Under the pieces are notes generated by a model. That model saw only the letters and a program-made list of their open reading frames with translations. It did not search any database and was not told where the DNA came from. This document shows positions 22,043 to 32,963 of a stretch of 64,000 bases of DNA, piece by piece; within the stretch, counting starts at the first letter, position 1, and each line of letters begins with the position of its first letter. A program made the position numbers and the translations under genes. The stretch is from Candidatus Poribacteria bacterium. Lineage in GTDB: Bacteria; Poribacteria; WGA-4E; PCPOR2b. Location of the stretch: NCBI GenBank assembly GCA_965198175.1, contig OZ240245.1:544001-608000 (forward strand), written 5' to 3'.

Positions 22043-22558
22043 ATGCTAATCGCTTATCAAAACACATTGCCGAAAATTCATCCATCGGCTTTCATCGCCG
22101 AGGGGGCGATGATTATTGGAGATGTTACCATTGGCGAAGAATCGAGTGTTTGGTTCAATTGCGTGTTGCGGGGCGATTTGGACCGCATCGAAGTTGGGGC
22201 GCGCACCAACATTCAGGATGGCGCAGTTGTGCATATGGATAGAAATTTCGCCGCTATGATTGGCGATGATGTGACAATCGGTCATGGAGCAATTATTCAC
22301 GGCTGCACCATTGGTGACGGCGCGATGATATCAATGGGGGCTATTATCCTCACCGGTGCCAAAATCGGAGCGCGTGGAATTGTCGGCGCTGGTGCTGTTG
22401 TACGCGAAGGACAGGAAATACCTCCGGAATCTTTGGTTGTAGGCATTCCTGCACGAATTAAGCGAGAGGTTACAGCGGAAGAACTCGAGCGCATGCAAGT
22501 CGGAAAAGATGACTACGTTCTGCGAGGACAGTTGATGAGAGTGGCAAAAGAAAACTGA
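22043..22558 (+). CDS. Gamma carbonic anhydrase family (hexapeptide repeat) protein
   Basis: IIGDVTIG..SSVW..VLRGD, NIQDG.VVH, IGHGAIIHGC. Confidence 0.92.
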   Translation: MLIAYQNTLPKIHPSAFIAEGAMIIGDVTIGEESSVWFNCVLRGDLDRIEVGARTNIQDGAVVHMDRNFAAMIGDDVTIGHGAIIHGCTIGDGAMISMGAIILTGAKIGARGIVGAGAVVREGQEIPPESLVVGIPARIKREVTAEELERMQVGKDDYVLRGQLMRVAKEN

Positions 22559-22677
22559 TGCCGATGTGAGGCACATTCGCATTGAAGTAATCGCCTAAAA
22601 TCCAATATTATCGAACATCAACCTTTCTTTACAAAAGGGAGGGACATGCGAAATCCCTCGCCACAGGAGTTTATCAG

Positions 22678-24594
22678 ATGGAGTACGCATCTCGATCTGA
22701 CAGCAGGTCAAGCGGTCTGACACTGAGAGCGCTCTGCATCGGCATCGTCCTCATTGTCGCAAATTCGTACTGGCTGAATGAGGCGACCTGGGCGGGGCGC
22801 ATACTACACACCTATATTTCACTATTCATCAATACGGTCTTCTGCCTATTTGTGCTCGTCCTCATGAATTTCTTGTTGAGGCGAATCCGTCCCCAATATG
22901 CATTCCACCGATCCGAACTCCTTGTCATATATGTGATGATCCTCATGGTTTCCACACTTAGTGGAAACACAAATATGGGGTACCTAATCTACATTCTTGC
23001 CTATCCCTTTTGGTTTGAGACCGCAGAAAATGATTGGTTGCAGCTCTTTGGAGGTCACATCCCACAGTGGTTTACTGTACGGGATAAGGAGGTGCTGCGT
23101 GATTTTTATGAGGGAGAGTCGTCGTTTTTTATTGCTCAGCACGTCTACGGTTGGCTCACGCCGCTCCTTGTATGGTCCGCCTTCGTATTTATCCTCTACT
23201 TTACCCTCATCTGCATGAATGTGATTCTCAGGAAACAGTTTACAGAACATGAGCGGTTGACCTTTCCAATCACTTGGCTGCCACTGGAGATGGGGAATAA
23301 TCCGACAAGTTTTTTTAAGAATCGGTTAATGTGGATTGGATTTGGCATCGCCGGCGGGATTGAGATCATCAACGGTATCCATTTCCTCTATCCACCTACG
23401 CCTTCTATCCCTATGGGATTCCAGAACCTTTCCTACCTGTTCCAAGAGAAACCTTGGAATGCCGTTGGCACAATCCTTTTCACTGCTCGTCCCTTCGTAA
23501 TAGGTCTAGCTTTTTTTATGCCCGTGGATTTAGCGTTTTCTTCATGGTTCTTTTACTTTTTTGGTAAAATCTTGCTTGTGCTGAAGAGCGCTTTGGGCTG
23601 GCGTACCGACCTCTATCTTGACGAGCAATCGGAGGGGGCATGGATTGGGTTAGGGGTTCTCGCTTTATGGATTGGACGACGGCACTTGAGGCGTGTTATT
23701 ATGCAAGCGGTGTCGGGGAAGGGATATGTGGATGATTCAGCAGAACCAATACCGTATAAATGGGCTGTTTGGGGAATGTTATGCGGTATACTTTGTGTCG
23801 TTCTGTTTGGATATAAAGCGGGGGCTTCTCTTTTGCCCCTTCTGGTCTTTTTCGGCGTCTACTTCCTGATGGCGATTAGCCTGACAAAAGTCCGGGCTGG
23901 CTTGGGACCGCCAATGCATGAGGTGATTGGCAAAGACCCCGCGGCAACGATGGTGTCTGCCCTGGGAACGCGAATGATTGGGGCGAGCAGCTTAACCGTT
24001 CTATCCTTCTTTTTCTGGTTGAACCGCGTCAATACCGCACATCCCATGCCGAATCAACTGGAAGCCTTTCATATCGGTCATCAGGCTAAGATAAACAGTA
24101 GAAAGCTCCTATTGGCAATGCTAATAGGGTTAGCAGTCGGTATCCCCGTAACGTTTCTAACTTATCTCGGCCTTTCCTATGACTTCGGTGGCTTTGGTGC
24201 ACGTCACACGCTAGTGCCAATGAGCCATACTTTTCATACACTGCAAAAGCGGTTGATTTATCAGACGGATGTGGATTACGCTGCAATGCTTGCCATGGGC
24301 ACGGGGCTCGGCTTCACGCTGGTTTTGATAGCGTTGAAGTTGCGGTTTTTCTGGTGGCCCTTCCATCCGATCGGTTACGTCATCGGAACAGGGAGTTGGG
24401 GGGATATGTCTTTTTACTGGTTTCCCGTGCTTGTCAGTTGGGCGATTAAGACTGTTGTGCTAAGACATGGCGGTTTGCAAGCCTATCGAAAAGCGATTCC
24501 CTTTTTTGCTGGCCTGATTCTTGGAGACTACGTGGGAGGCTCAATTTGGGGTGTCATCGGCGTCGTGCTTAAAATACCAACCTATAGCATGTAG
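22678..24594 (+). CDS. Multi-pass membrane protein, DUF6785/DUF6784-like (putative transporter)
   Basis: GLTLRAL, 'QFTEHERLTFPI', 'WWPFHPIGY', 'HGGLQAYRKAIPFFAGLILGD' motifs; many TM segments. Confidence 0.7.
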   Translation: MEYASRSDSRSSGLTLRALCIGIVLIVANSYWLNEATWAGRILHTYISLFINTVFCLFVLVLMNFLLRRIRPQYAFHRSELLVIYVMILMVSTLSGNTNMGYLIYILAYPFWFETAENDWLQLFGGHIPQWFTVRDKEVLRDFYEGESSFFIAQHVYGWLTPLLVWSAFVFILYFTLICMNVILRKQFTEHERLTFPITWLPLEMGNNPTSFFKNRLMWIGFGIAGGIEIINGIHFLYPPTPSIPMGFQNLSYLFQEKPWNAVGTILFTARPFVIGLAFFMPVDLAFSSWFFYFFGKILLVLKSALGWRTDLYLDEQSEGAWIGLGVLALWIGRRHLRRVIMQAVSGKGYVDDSAEPIPYKWAVWGMLCGILCVVLFGYKAGASLLPLLVFFGVYFLMAISLTKVRAGLGPPMHEVIGKDPAATMVSALGTRMIGASSLTVLSFFFWLNRVNTAHPMPNQLEAFHIGHQAKINSRKLLLAMLIGLAVGIPVTFLTYLGLSYDFGGFGARHTLVPMSHTFHTLQKRLIYQTDVDYAAMLAMGTGLGFTLVLIALKLRFFWWPFHPIGYVIGTGSWGDMSFYWFPVLVSWAIKTVVLRHGGLQAYRKAIPFFAGLILGDYVGGSIWGVIGVVLKIPTYSM

Positions 24595-24608
24595 TTCTTT
24601 AATGAGTC

Positions 24609-25157
24609 TCAAGGATCTGTTTGGATAATTGATCCGTGTTTAGGAGATAGGAGGCGTTTTGTAGGCAGATCGACCGAGAAAATTTCGGTCACATGGATGA
24701 GCGATTCCTCCGTCTGAGACCGGGCTAACATGTGCATTGGATCTGACAAACTCGCTTGCTTGAGCGGTTGATAGAATGTTGCGATACTCGCAACCGTCAC
24801 AATCAATGCCAGCGAGAACCCTACAGCGTAGGAGGAGGGGCGTGTCCAGAAACGATACTGCAGCCATGTCAGTGACGACTCCAACCTCCGAAAGGTTCGC
24901 CGTATGGACGAAACTCGTTGCCTCTCCATAACGGAGAGGGTTGAAACTTGCCGCATCACGTCGGACAGGAATTCATTCGATGTTCTGACCGGATCAAGCT
25001 GGCTCAGGATTTTGTCAGTTTGTTGTAGGCGCATAGCCTCATGCGCACAAGTTGGACATCGCTTGATATGCAGCTGAATCAACCGCATTCTCCATTGCGG
25101 CATCTCCCGATCCAAATAAGCGGATACCTGGGGTCGAATATCTTCACAATTTAGCAT
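24609..25157 (-). CDS. Zinc-finger (zf-HC2) anti-sigma factor
   Basis: C..I...SAYLD.E...H...C..C, one TM segment; overlaps the ECF sigma stop. Confidence 0.85.
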   Translation of the reverse strand: MLNCEDIRPQVSAYLDREMPQWRMRLIQLHIKRCPTCAHEAMRLQQTDKILSQLDPVRTSNEFLSDVMRQVSTLSVMERQRVSSIRRTFRRLESSLTWLQYRFWTRPSSYAVGFSLALIVTVASIATFYQPLKQASLSDPMHMLARSQTEESLIHVTEIFSVDLPTKRLLSPKHGSIIQTDP

Positions 25158-25743
25158 TAGAACTCTCTCCAATTCCCGCTTCGACGAGGAGCTTTTTCAT
25201 CTTTTGGCGCGCCCGATGAATAAGGGATTTCACGGCGCTAATTGAACAGTCAAGCACTTCCGCAACCGCTTCATATCTCAAATCGTGATAGGTCACAAGG
25301 ATTAATGCCAACCGCTGATTTTCGGGCAGACAGTTGATTGTTTGCTGAATGACTAGCTGTTGTTCCTTCTTTTCGTAGAGCTCGTCGGGAAGATTTCTTA
25401 CATCCTGCATCAGTGAAGCGTAGCTTACATCCTCTTCTTCGGACATCAGATCGTCAAGGAATACAGTATTTCGCCGCTTACGGTTACGAACCTCGTTCCG
25501 ACATAGATTCGTTGCAATGAGGTAGATCCAATTTTTGAATTGAGATTTAGGTTCATAATGACCTGAATTTCTGAAAACTCTCAGGAACGTCTCTTGCGTG
25601 AGATCTTCCGCGCGATGATAATCGCCGATGGACTTGTAAATGAAATTGATAATCACATCCTTATAACGCATCATCAACAACTCAAACGCGCTCATGTCAC
25701 CGTTACGACATTTCATCATCAATTCTTCATCCGAAGTACGCAA
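25144..25743 (-). CDS. ECF sigma factor (sigma70 group 4)
   Basis: SDEELM..GD.SAF, AEDLTQETFLRVF, FKNWIYLIATN, LPENQR...AVKSLIHRAR. Confidence 0.93.
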   Translation of the reverse strand: MRTSDEELMMKCRNGDMSAFELLMMRYKDVIINFIYKSIGDYHRAEDLTQETFLRVFRNSGHYEPKSQFKNWIYLIATNLCRNEVRNRKRRNTVFLDDLMSEEEDVSYASLMQDVRNLPDELYEKKEQQLVIQQTINCLPENQRLALILVTYHDLRYEAVAEVLDCSISAVKSLIHRARQKMKKLLVEAGIGESSNAKL

Positions 25744-25965
25744 AATGTATTTCCCTTCTTCAAACGATGAGAATCCATCTTCGCGGAATTGAGAAACTTA
25801 GGGGTCGCAATTTTTTAACGCCCTCATAAGGTTACCCAAAATACGGAAAAAGCACAAGAAAAATCTGGGGGTTTTCGACTTTTCACGCGCTACCTAGTGC
25901 TGTAGAAAGCGGAACAATTCTTTGAGCCGATTCGCGGAACGATGAAATCTAGCAAAAGACCAAAC

Positions 25966-26298
25966 TTAATCGCAGCCGCAAAGGTTTTGATCCGATGCAA
26001 CCATCCTCTGGAAAACCTGATTACGAAAGATGTATTTCTGATTGCCATACCACTCGATTCGCCAGAGATCAAATCCGCGTTCAAAATCGACGATCCGATC
26101 CGGCTTACCCAGTTTAGCATGGAGCGCTTCGACGGTCTGTTCATCCCGGTCGACCAAATACTTCGTCAAAATCGCAATGCCAGATAAAATTGCCGCCAGT
26201 GCCAATTTCCCCCGGGTTTTGACGGTGATGCTATGGGCAGTTGAGATGGGAGTCAATAGGAAAACAATCAATAATAGATAGCAAGTGAACTTTTTCAT
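25966..26298 (-). CDS. Small exported/membrane hypothetical protein
   Basis: Signal peptide plus a second hydrophobic segment; 'LGKPD' SmpA-like turn. Confidence 0.55.
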   Translation of the reverse strand: MKKFTCYLLLIVFLLTPISTAHSITVKTRGKLALAAILSGIAILTKYLVDRDEQTVEALHAKLGKPDRIVDFERGFDLWRIEWYGNQKYIFRNQVFQRMVASDQNLCGCD

Positions 26299-26345
26299 GA
26301 GAACGACTCAATTCTCGAAGAACCTGAGAGCAGCAGTTGAACTAT

Positions 26346-27173
26346 CTACGCAGCAGAGGGATAACCCAAGGTTTTCATCACTTGACGGATATAAGGCATA
26401 CCGATTTTCGAACCCTCCTCCGGGAAAGGATAAAGCCAGAGATCGAGCATCATGGGCCCCTGGTAATGAATCGCTTTCAGTGCGGCGACAATTCCGTCGA
26501 GATCCAAACAACCTGTTCCGGGCGCGAAATGCAACTCCGAACTGTGTTTGTCACTGTCCGCGAAATGAACATTGTTGATTCGATGTCCAAGTTTGGGGAT
26601 GGCATCAATATAGCCATTGGGCAATCCAACTGCAAAGTGGCAGGAGTCATAAGTAATACCGAAGAACGGCGAGTCAATCCGGTCGTAGAGCTTGCAGGCA
26701 AAATCCACATCTATACCCACCGTGTACGGGTGTATCTCCACGGTGATGGTGATTCCCTTGGTCTCAGCGTACGAAACCGCCTCGCGGAAGATATTCACGG
26801 TTTCATCCAGCACCCAGCCGTGAAGATCGCTGTCCGTCATACTTTCTAACCTTCTCCCATCCCAGCTTAGGAGCTGGTTCATGCCCATTGAAGCCGCGAT
26901 ATCGACGTCTTGTTTTAACCCTTGTACGATTCCTTCGACATCATCTGGGGACTCAAGCGCCTCGAAATAAGGGGGCGCCGCTGAATTCAATCCGACAAGG
27001 GACAGCCCCAACGAGGAAATATGTTCTGCAAGCTGCTTCCGTAATTCATCCGTTTTGCACACTTCAATTTGCGGCGGCCAAAGTTCAACGGCGTCAAACC
27101 CGAATTTAACCATTGAACGTAGCGCTTCTTCTAAAGGGGACTTTAGGAAAATCATAGGGTTGCCAATAACCAT
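26346..27173 (-). CDS. Sugar phosphate isomerase/epimerase family protein
   Basis: GFDAVELW, VEIHP, YDSCH, VHFADSD, PGTGCLD. Confidence 0.87.
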   Translation of the reverse strand: MVIGNPMIFLKSPLEEALRSMVKFGFDAVELWPPQIEVCKTDELRKQLAEHISSLGLSLVGLNSAAPPYFEALESPDDVEGIVQGLKQDVDIAASMGMNQLLSWDGRRLESMTDSDLHGWVLDETVNIFREAVSYAETKGITITVEIHPYTVGIDVDFACKLYDRIDSPFFGITYDSCHFAVGLPNGYIDAIPKLGHRINNVHFADSDKHSSELHFAPGTGCLDLDGIVAALKAIHYQGPMMLDLWLYPFPEEGSKIGMPYIRQVMKTLGYPSAA

Positions 27174-27277
27174 TTGGATGCTCCTTTCTCAGAGGCTTGG
27201 TATGAATGCTTTTGCGGACAAACGCGCCGTGTCTTCCTGCCTTGGGACAACAGGGCTTGTCTCAAATTCAAACTCGC

Positions 27278-28171
27278 TTACTTGCTAGCGGATTCAATGA
27301 CATCTAGCACTTCTCCGTAGCTGGACGGCGTCCGACCTTCAAAGCGTTCACGCAGCTTGATTTCATCCGCCACCCACCGGAGACGCTGTAGGGTGCCACG
27401 CGCCATCAACGGTTCAACGCCGAGTTCCTCCATCGTGTGAACTACTTGTTCCATTTCTGTAGCTCTCCGCGCCGCGTGCTCTACCTGTTCGAGAACGAGC
27501 TCAGACATCATCTGCCGGAACGGGAGCAGGAACGGTCCCAGTTCGAGAATCTCCTCTAGTGAGTCAAACACCTGTTCGGTTGCACCGTAACGATGCGCGG
27601 CGACCATAAACTCGACAACGATTGCCTCCAGACCCTTGGTGTAGACGCTGCGAATCATTTTTACAGTTGAAGCAAGTCCGATTTTGGCACCGATCGCTCG
27701 CACGTCCATCCCCCAGCCCTGTAGTGTGTCTGCAAGTTCTGCGGCACCTTCTCCGGAAACTACGGTGCTCACTTGGTGGCGCTGCCTCTTCAGGGGGCCC
27801 ATAATCGCGCCGTCAATAAATCGACCGCCGGCTGCTTGTATGACCGCCGCTGCCGCCTCCTTGGTCTTGAGCGAAGCTGCGTTCAGATCAAGATAGAACT
27901 TGCCAGCGATTTCAGAAGATGCCTGTTGAGCCACCTCGGGGGCGGCTGTCGGCGCAACTAGAGAAATGATGATGTTTGATGTTGCAGCAACCTCACTAGC
28001 CTCGCGGCACAAGATGACGCCTGCAGAATCTGCCCGCGCCTGGACTTCATCGCTCCACGGCTCGCGCTTCCAGACGTGAATCTCCGTCAACCCCTCAGAA
28101 TGAAGTCCTTTTGTTATCTCGTAGCTCGCAGTGCCGAAGCCCAACACTCCCAACCTCAATTGTTCACCCAA
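27278..28171 (-). CDS. NAD(P)-dependent oxidoreductase (6PGD/3-hydroxyisobutyrate dehydrogenase-like, DUF1932 C-terminus)
   Basis: LGVLGFG, FIDGAIMG, ASTVKMIRSVYTKGLEA, HAARRATEM. Confidence 0.85.
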   Translation of the reverse strand: MGEQLRLGVLGFGTASYEITKGLHSEGLTEIHVWKREPWSDEVQARADSAGVILCREASEVAATSNIIISLVAPTAAPEVAQQASSEIAGKFYLDLNAASLKTKEAAAAVIQAAGGRFIDGAIMGPLKRQRHQVSTVVSGEGAAELADTLQGWGMDVRAIGAKIGLASTVKMIRSVYTKGLEAIVVEFMVAAHRYGATEQVFDSLEEILELGPFLLPFRQMMSELVLEQVEHAARRATEMEQVVHTMEELGVEPLMARGTLQRLRWVADEIKLRERFEGRTPSSYGEVLDVIESASK

Positions 28172-28751
28172 TTTTGTTTCCTCCTATCCGACTCAGATTC
28201 ACACCATACGCAGAGTGGTTCGATATCGCTTGATTGTCGGTCCTAGTTTCAACAAAAAACTTCGCTTACATTTTACCACACGCTAGGTTGAATACCAAAC
28301 CATTTATCTCGTCATAAATTTCTACTCGTCCGCAGGGGTTGATTGTCTGAACTGTGATTTATAGGATTCAATGATTTGCAAGATTAGAGACACTTGTTGA
28401 TTGAGCATCGTCCGTCGCAGTATTTGCGAATTATTTTTTTTTAAACTACATTCAGATTGTGGTATGCACAAACTAACAGTTTTCGCTACTAGAGTGCCTC
28501 CGATTTTGAGGGTAATTAGATTCTTCTCTACGACTATAAATATAACCAATCTATCTATGCGCGAACACGCTCAGTTTCTGTATGTCTTAGTGCATATCGT
28601 CATCGTTCATTAACATACAATCATAATATGTGTAAATATGAATGTAAATGACTATAGATTGAACACCCAAAAAGAGTGAGGTAGGGAATAGTCAGGACGA
28701 GCATTATTGTAAATCAGCCAATCCAAATTTGCAAGAGGTTTCCGAAACGAC

Positions 28752-28784
28752 AAAAAAGCCCTGCATCGGCTGATACAGGGCTTT
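28752..28784 (-). terminator. Intrinsic terminator
   Basis: AAAGCCCTG-ATC...GAT-CAGGGCTTTTTT on the minus strand after the 28807 stop. Confidence 0.7.
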
Positions 28785-28806
28785 GGATAAGGTTCGAAAG
28801 GCTTGC

Positions 28807-29856
28807 TCACCGCTCCGCTTTGAGATGTCCCCAAGTCGTTAACAACTTCGATTGGGGTTCAACAGACACTGCAGAAATAAATGCTCTCATATCTTCAACA
28901 CTTGTCGAATCTCCGAACGGCGCTGTAACCTCCTGCGCTCCGCCAATCGAATTCTCGTCAACCCATACCTTGGTTATAATGCCCGCATCACTGGTTATCT
29001 GCACATTGTCAACCATCATACCAAATAGCCCCGCTGGATTATCCGGATTCTCTCCGTTATCCGTGCCTACTGTAATGGCAACAATTTCACTTCCAGCAAA
29101 ATCTCCGAGTGAGACCTTACGATGTTTCCAATCCGCCCCAGCGTCATCATCGACGAGACCAACGATATTGCCATCGGCAGTGTGGACGTAAACACCGCCC
29201 TCTGTATGGACGCTAATCCCTGAGAACATCACCTGATATTCAAGGGACATACCCGCTTGTATCTCCATTGTCCCTTCCCAGAGCGCGATGAAGCCTTTCG
29301 CTGGCGTGTTTGCGCTCGAAATCGTTGTTTCGAACGATAGCACATCGCCTTCCGGCTCGGTTCTCACAGGTTCGAGCGGTGCGCCAGTAATCGCGCCATC
29401 TTCGGTTACCATGTCCAACGACTGCGCGTCCGAATCTAGAAGCGTGACATCCAGACCGAGTGTGGATGTTTTCACAGCGATAACCTCAAACATAACTGTT
29501 GCCAGTATTCCGTCTCCATTGACTCCGGACACCGCGCCTAAGAGGGTGGCACCGAAACTAATTTTTCCCTCCTCAACCCTTGTTGGAAGCGTTGGCGGAC
29601 CAATTGATCCCGGCAGGAACTCGCCATTTTGGACGCTGACATAGGAAAGCGCAGTTGGGTCAAACGTAATGCTAATTTCATATCCAAAGACATTTGCCCC
29701 ATCCGTGATGTGAATCTCAATTGTAAATTGCTGTGCAACGTTGGGTGATTCCATCACAGAGGGATTGAACGATACGACAGTCTGGGTGTGTCCAATTGCT
29801 GGAATCGACAAACAAACGACTACCGCGCAAACGGCAACCTTCAGTAATTGTTTCAT
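28807..29856 (-). CDS. Secreted cohesin-domain protein with C-terminal VEPQSKLLTTWG motif
   Basis: Signal peptide; cohesin pattern 'GYEISITFDPTALSY...GDGILATVMFEV'; C-terminal motif. Confidence 0.8.
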   Translation of the reverse strand: MKQLLKVAVCAVVVCLSIPAIGHTQTVVSFNPSVMESPNVAQQFTIEIHITDGANVFGYEISITFDPTALSYVSVQNGEFLPGSIGPPTLPTRVEEGKISFGATLLGAVSGVNGDGILATVMFEVIAVKTSTLGLDVTLLDSDAQSLDMVTEDGAITGAPLEPVRTEPEGDVLSFETTISSANTPAKGFIALWEGTMEIQAGMSLEYQVMFSGISVHTEGGVYVHTADGNIVGLVDDDAGADWKHRKVSLGDFAGSEIVAITVGTDNGENPDNPAGLFGMMVDNVQITSDAGIITKVWVDENSIGGAQEVTAPFGDSTSVEDMRAFISAVSVEPQSKLLTTWGHLKAER

Positions 29857-30003
29857 TGGTTTTCTCCTTAAATTTAATATGTTAAAGTTGAAGTATTTAA
29901 AGTGCTCAAGAGGTAACGCTCAAAAATCTGAAAATCTCAGTTGCATCTAGCTATATCGCCGTGACTTCAGAAAAACTCGGTTTCTCGCCTCAATTTTGCG
30001 GAG

Positions 30004-30084
30004 CTACTTGACAATCGCCATCCGCCGCAACGCGGAATATTCCCCCGCACGGAGCTGATAGAAATAGACACCGCTTGCTACCGA
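30004..30084 (-). pseudogene. Isolated 3' end of a FlgD/T9SS-CTD-like tail gene
   Basis: Translates SVASGVYFYQLRAGEYSALRRMAIVK*, followed by the same downstream element as the intact family genes. Confidence 0.85.
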
Positions 30085-30094
30085 GTAACATCGT

Positions 30095-30348
30095 CCCCAT
30101 GACGGATTTCGGTGTTCGCGATGTTGGTGGGCGTGCCCCTGAAGGAAAATTTCATTATGACGGCGGAACCGGGAATCTACTTCGTTCCCGCCCTCCTGGA
30201 TAATCCCGTGAATCGTGAGCGTTTCCGCAATAGCGTAGCATCGAAATCACTCGACACCTGGCGCCCTGTTGGTGGTGTTTGAATAGAGGACAATGTGCTT
30301 ATTACTGCGAGCGGACCGCGTGTAATGCCCAAAGAGATTCCAAAGTAG
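30095..30348 (+). pseudogene. C-terminal remnant of an M24B Xaa-Pro peptidase (prolidase/aminopeptidase P)
   Basis: GVRDVGGRAP in one frame, then PLKENFIMTAEPGIYFVPALLD...GGV*IEDNVLITASG...EIPK*. TGA at 30280-30282 replaces the R of GGVRIED. Confidence 0.8.
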
Positions 30349-30373
30349 CCACGGGCGGACAATATGAACAGAG

Positions 30374-30763
30374 CTACTGCTTTACTTCCGCGAGCGTATA
30401 AAACTGAACAGTATTGATGCAGCCCATGCCTCTTACCCTTTTTTGTATAATGCGAACAGCATCAGTCTTTAGAGCTACTTTGATTTCAATTGGGAATGCC
30501 ACAGTCCTCTTGATCTTCTTGATTTGCTTCCAACTGTTCTCTGACCTGCGGGCATAAAAATCAATATTTGTCACAGTTCCTTTGCCTAGGATGACAATCT
30601 TTCGGAGGTCTTTTTTCTCTGGAATTGAAAATATCCGCCCATGAAAAAGCATAGTCTCTTTGGCTTCCTCATCAACTTGGATATACTGCTGTTCCGCGAG
30701 AAAGGCTGCGCAGCCAGTGACCAATAAACAGACAATGAAAAAAAAGACGTGAAATCTTCTCAT
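30374..30763 (-). CDS. Hypothetical lipoprotein
   Basis: AGGAGG RBS, MRR-hydrophobic-VTGC lipobox. Confidence 0.65.
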   Translation of the reverse strand: MRRFHVFFFIVCLLVTGCAAFLAEQQYIQVDEEAKETMLFHGRIFSIPEKKDLRKIVILGKGTVTNIDFYARRSENSWKQIKKIKRTVAFPIEIKVALKTDAVRIIQKRVRGMGCINTVQFYTLAEVKQ

Positions 30764-30789
30764 GGTTTTACCTCCTGAGATTTACCATA

Positions 30790-31889
30790 TAGCGAAATGC
30801 ACTTGTAACAAACCCTACGGTAACCTGATATCCCCTACGTTTTCCCCTTCGACGATGCGGACGTTGATGCTCAACTGTTCGCCGATAGCGGGAGACTCCA
30901 ACGATTGAGAGATGATGCTAACGGGTAGAAGGAACCTCCCACAGCCGGATGGTCTTGTCCCCACTCCCACTGGCGAGCGTGTGCCCATCCGGACTGAAGG
31001 CGACGCTCCAGACCCAACTCGTATGCCCTGAGAGTGTCCGCTTTTGAGCGCCTGTGTCGGCATCCCACAAACGGACGGTAGCGTCATCACTTCCACTGGC
31101 GAGCGTGCGCCCAGTCGGGCTGAAGGCGACGCTACGGATTGAATCTGTATGCCCTGAGAGCGTCCGCTTGTGAGCGCCTGTGTCGGCCTCCCACAGCCGG
31201 ATGGTCTTGTCCCCACTCCCACTGGCGAGCGTGCGCCCCTTCGGACTGAATGCGACGCTATGGATTGAATCTGTATGCCCTGAGAGCGTCCGCTTGTGAG
31301 CGCCTGTGGCGGCATCCCACAGCCGGATAGTATTGTCATCACTTCCACTGGTGAGCGTGCGCCCCTTCGGACTGAATGCGACGCTCAAGACCCCAGACGT
31401 ATGCCCTGAGAGTGTCCGCTTTTGAGCGCCTGTGTCGGCATCCCACAAACGGACGGTAGCGTCATCACTTCCACTGGCGAGCGTGCGCCCAGTCGGGCTG
31501 AAGGCGACGCTATGGATCCAATCTGTATGCCCTGAAAGTGTCCGCTTGTGAGCGCCTGTGGCGGCATCCCACAAGTGGACGGTTTTGTGCCCACCACTGG
31601 CGAGTGTGCGCCCATCCGGGCTGAAGGCGACGCTAGTAACCCACCCGGTGACTGTCGTAAGATCCGCGAGAATCCGCAGGTGAGCGCCCGTGACAGCATG
31701 CCACAGCCGGATGGAACGGTCCTCGCTTCCACTGGCGAGCGTGCGCCCATCCGGGCTGAAGGCGACGCTATTGACATCCCACGTATACCCTTCTAGGGTG
31801 GTATAGTGATAATTTTGGGCGAAAGTGTTTGGCAGAATCAGGCTCGAAACAAAAAGTAGCGTTAAAATGCAAAATAACACGGTTTTCAT
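30790..31889 (-). pseudogene. 7-unit WD40 protein with frameshifted, truncated cohesin (the WD40 part may still be expressed to 30918)
   Basis: Signal peptide plus 7 WD40 units. After LWEVPST the cohesin start (ESPAIGEQLSINVRIVEGENV, then GYQVTVGF) continues in two other frames and breaks off. Confidence 0.8.
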
Positions 31890-31948
31890 TAGGTTAATCT
31901 CCTTTTTGAGTTGTCAGTTTTCGGGGGTGTGACCCTCGAATTTTATTC

Positions 31949-32665
31949 TTAGGGTCCTACACCGCGAATTAAGTGCCGTCCCGAGTAGTATGAGTAAATA
32001 GACCTCCTTCTGAGCACTCCAAACAACTGCTTTTCATAGAATGAAAGCTCATCTAATGGGAAGCGCACCTCGTGCAACTCTTCATAAAAGTCTTGGTCAA
32101 TATATGCCCACACGCCATCCCATCTGCCGTAATCTCCAGGTTCTTTTGGCTGCGATAAATGAGATAGGATTCCTCCGCTTTTTCTGTATGCCCCCAAATT
32201 TACTCTTGATAAATATGCATTAGCATAAATTAGCGTGTTGTCGGTTATCCAAAGCAGTCCATCATTGAGAATTTGTGTTGGTTCGCCGAGTTCGTCAACA
32301 CTCCGTTTAACAATGTTCTTGGCTCCTCTCACTGGCTTATCGGTTATATAACCGGCAGCCCGAAGTCTATCATCCTTAAAGCAATAAACGATTTTGCACT
32401 TAACATCACTAATCGAATGATTGAATATAACCACGTTTCCTTTTTTAAGGTGCATACGCTTGCCCTGTTCGGCAAGTATTACCCTGTCTTGGGAGAAGCC
32501 CCATCTTGTCTTACGAAAATCGTATGGACTTGACTGCGACAAAGTTGACCCTAGATTGGCACAACCGATAAACAGAACAGAGAGGGCTACCGCAGTATTT
32601 GTAAACACTAACAGTCGCTTACCTCCTTTCAACGTAAAATAAGCCAACCTCTTCTTGAATTTCAT
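31949..32665 (-). CDS. Hypothetical (lipo)protein
   Basis: GGAGG RBS; hydrophobic stretch ending LFIGC; 'YDFRKTRWGFS' motif. Confidence 0.6.
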   Translation of the reverse strand: MKFKKRLAYFTLKGGKRLLVFTNTAVALSVLFIGCANLGSTLSQSSPYDFRKTRWGFSQDRVILAEQGKRMHLKKGNVVIFNHSISDVKCKIVYCFKDDRLRAAGYITDKPVRGAKNIVKRSVDELGEPTQILNDGLLWITDNTLIYANAYLSRVNLGAYRKSGGILSHLSQPKEPGDYGRWDGVWAYIDQDFYEELHEVRFPLDELSFYEKQLFGVLRRRSIYSYYSGRHLIRGVGP

Positions 32666-32963
32666 CGTAAAATTCCTCCTTCTAACGACCAAAGTTCTGT
32701 TTTGGTGGGTTGCCGAAAAACAACCCTGCTGTCAACGGAAACGGCTAGTCGTTGGCAGTCAACACACCGAGATGCATTATACAGAACTCTTTATGATCAA
32801 ACACATTTAGAATACCAATTTACGGACTTCGTAGACAAATCTGGTTTGCATGAAAAGCGTGTCCCAATAATGGAGATTGGGAGATGACTCCTACCGTGGA
32901 AGGGACATCCTCGCACGAAGCCTCTCCGACACCAAACCGGTGAGAAACCGAGTTTTTGTGGTG

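Noticed and set aside
28200..28740. Short ORFs in AT-rich gap
   Set aside because: No recognisable motif, RBS or paralog.
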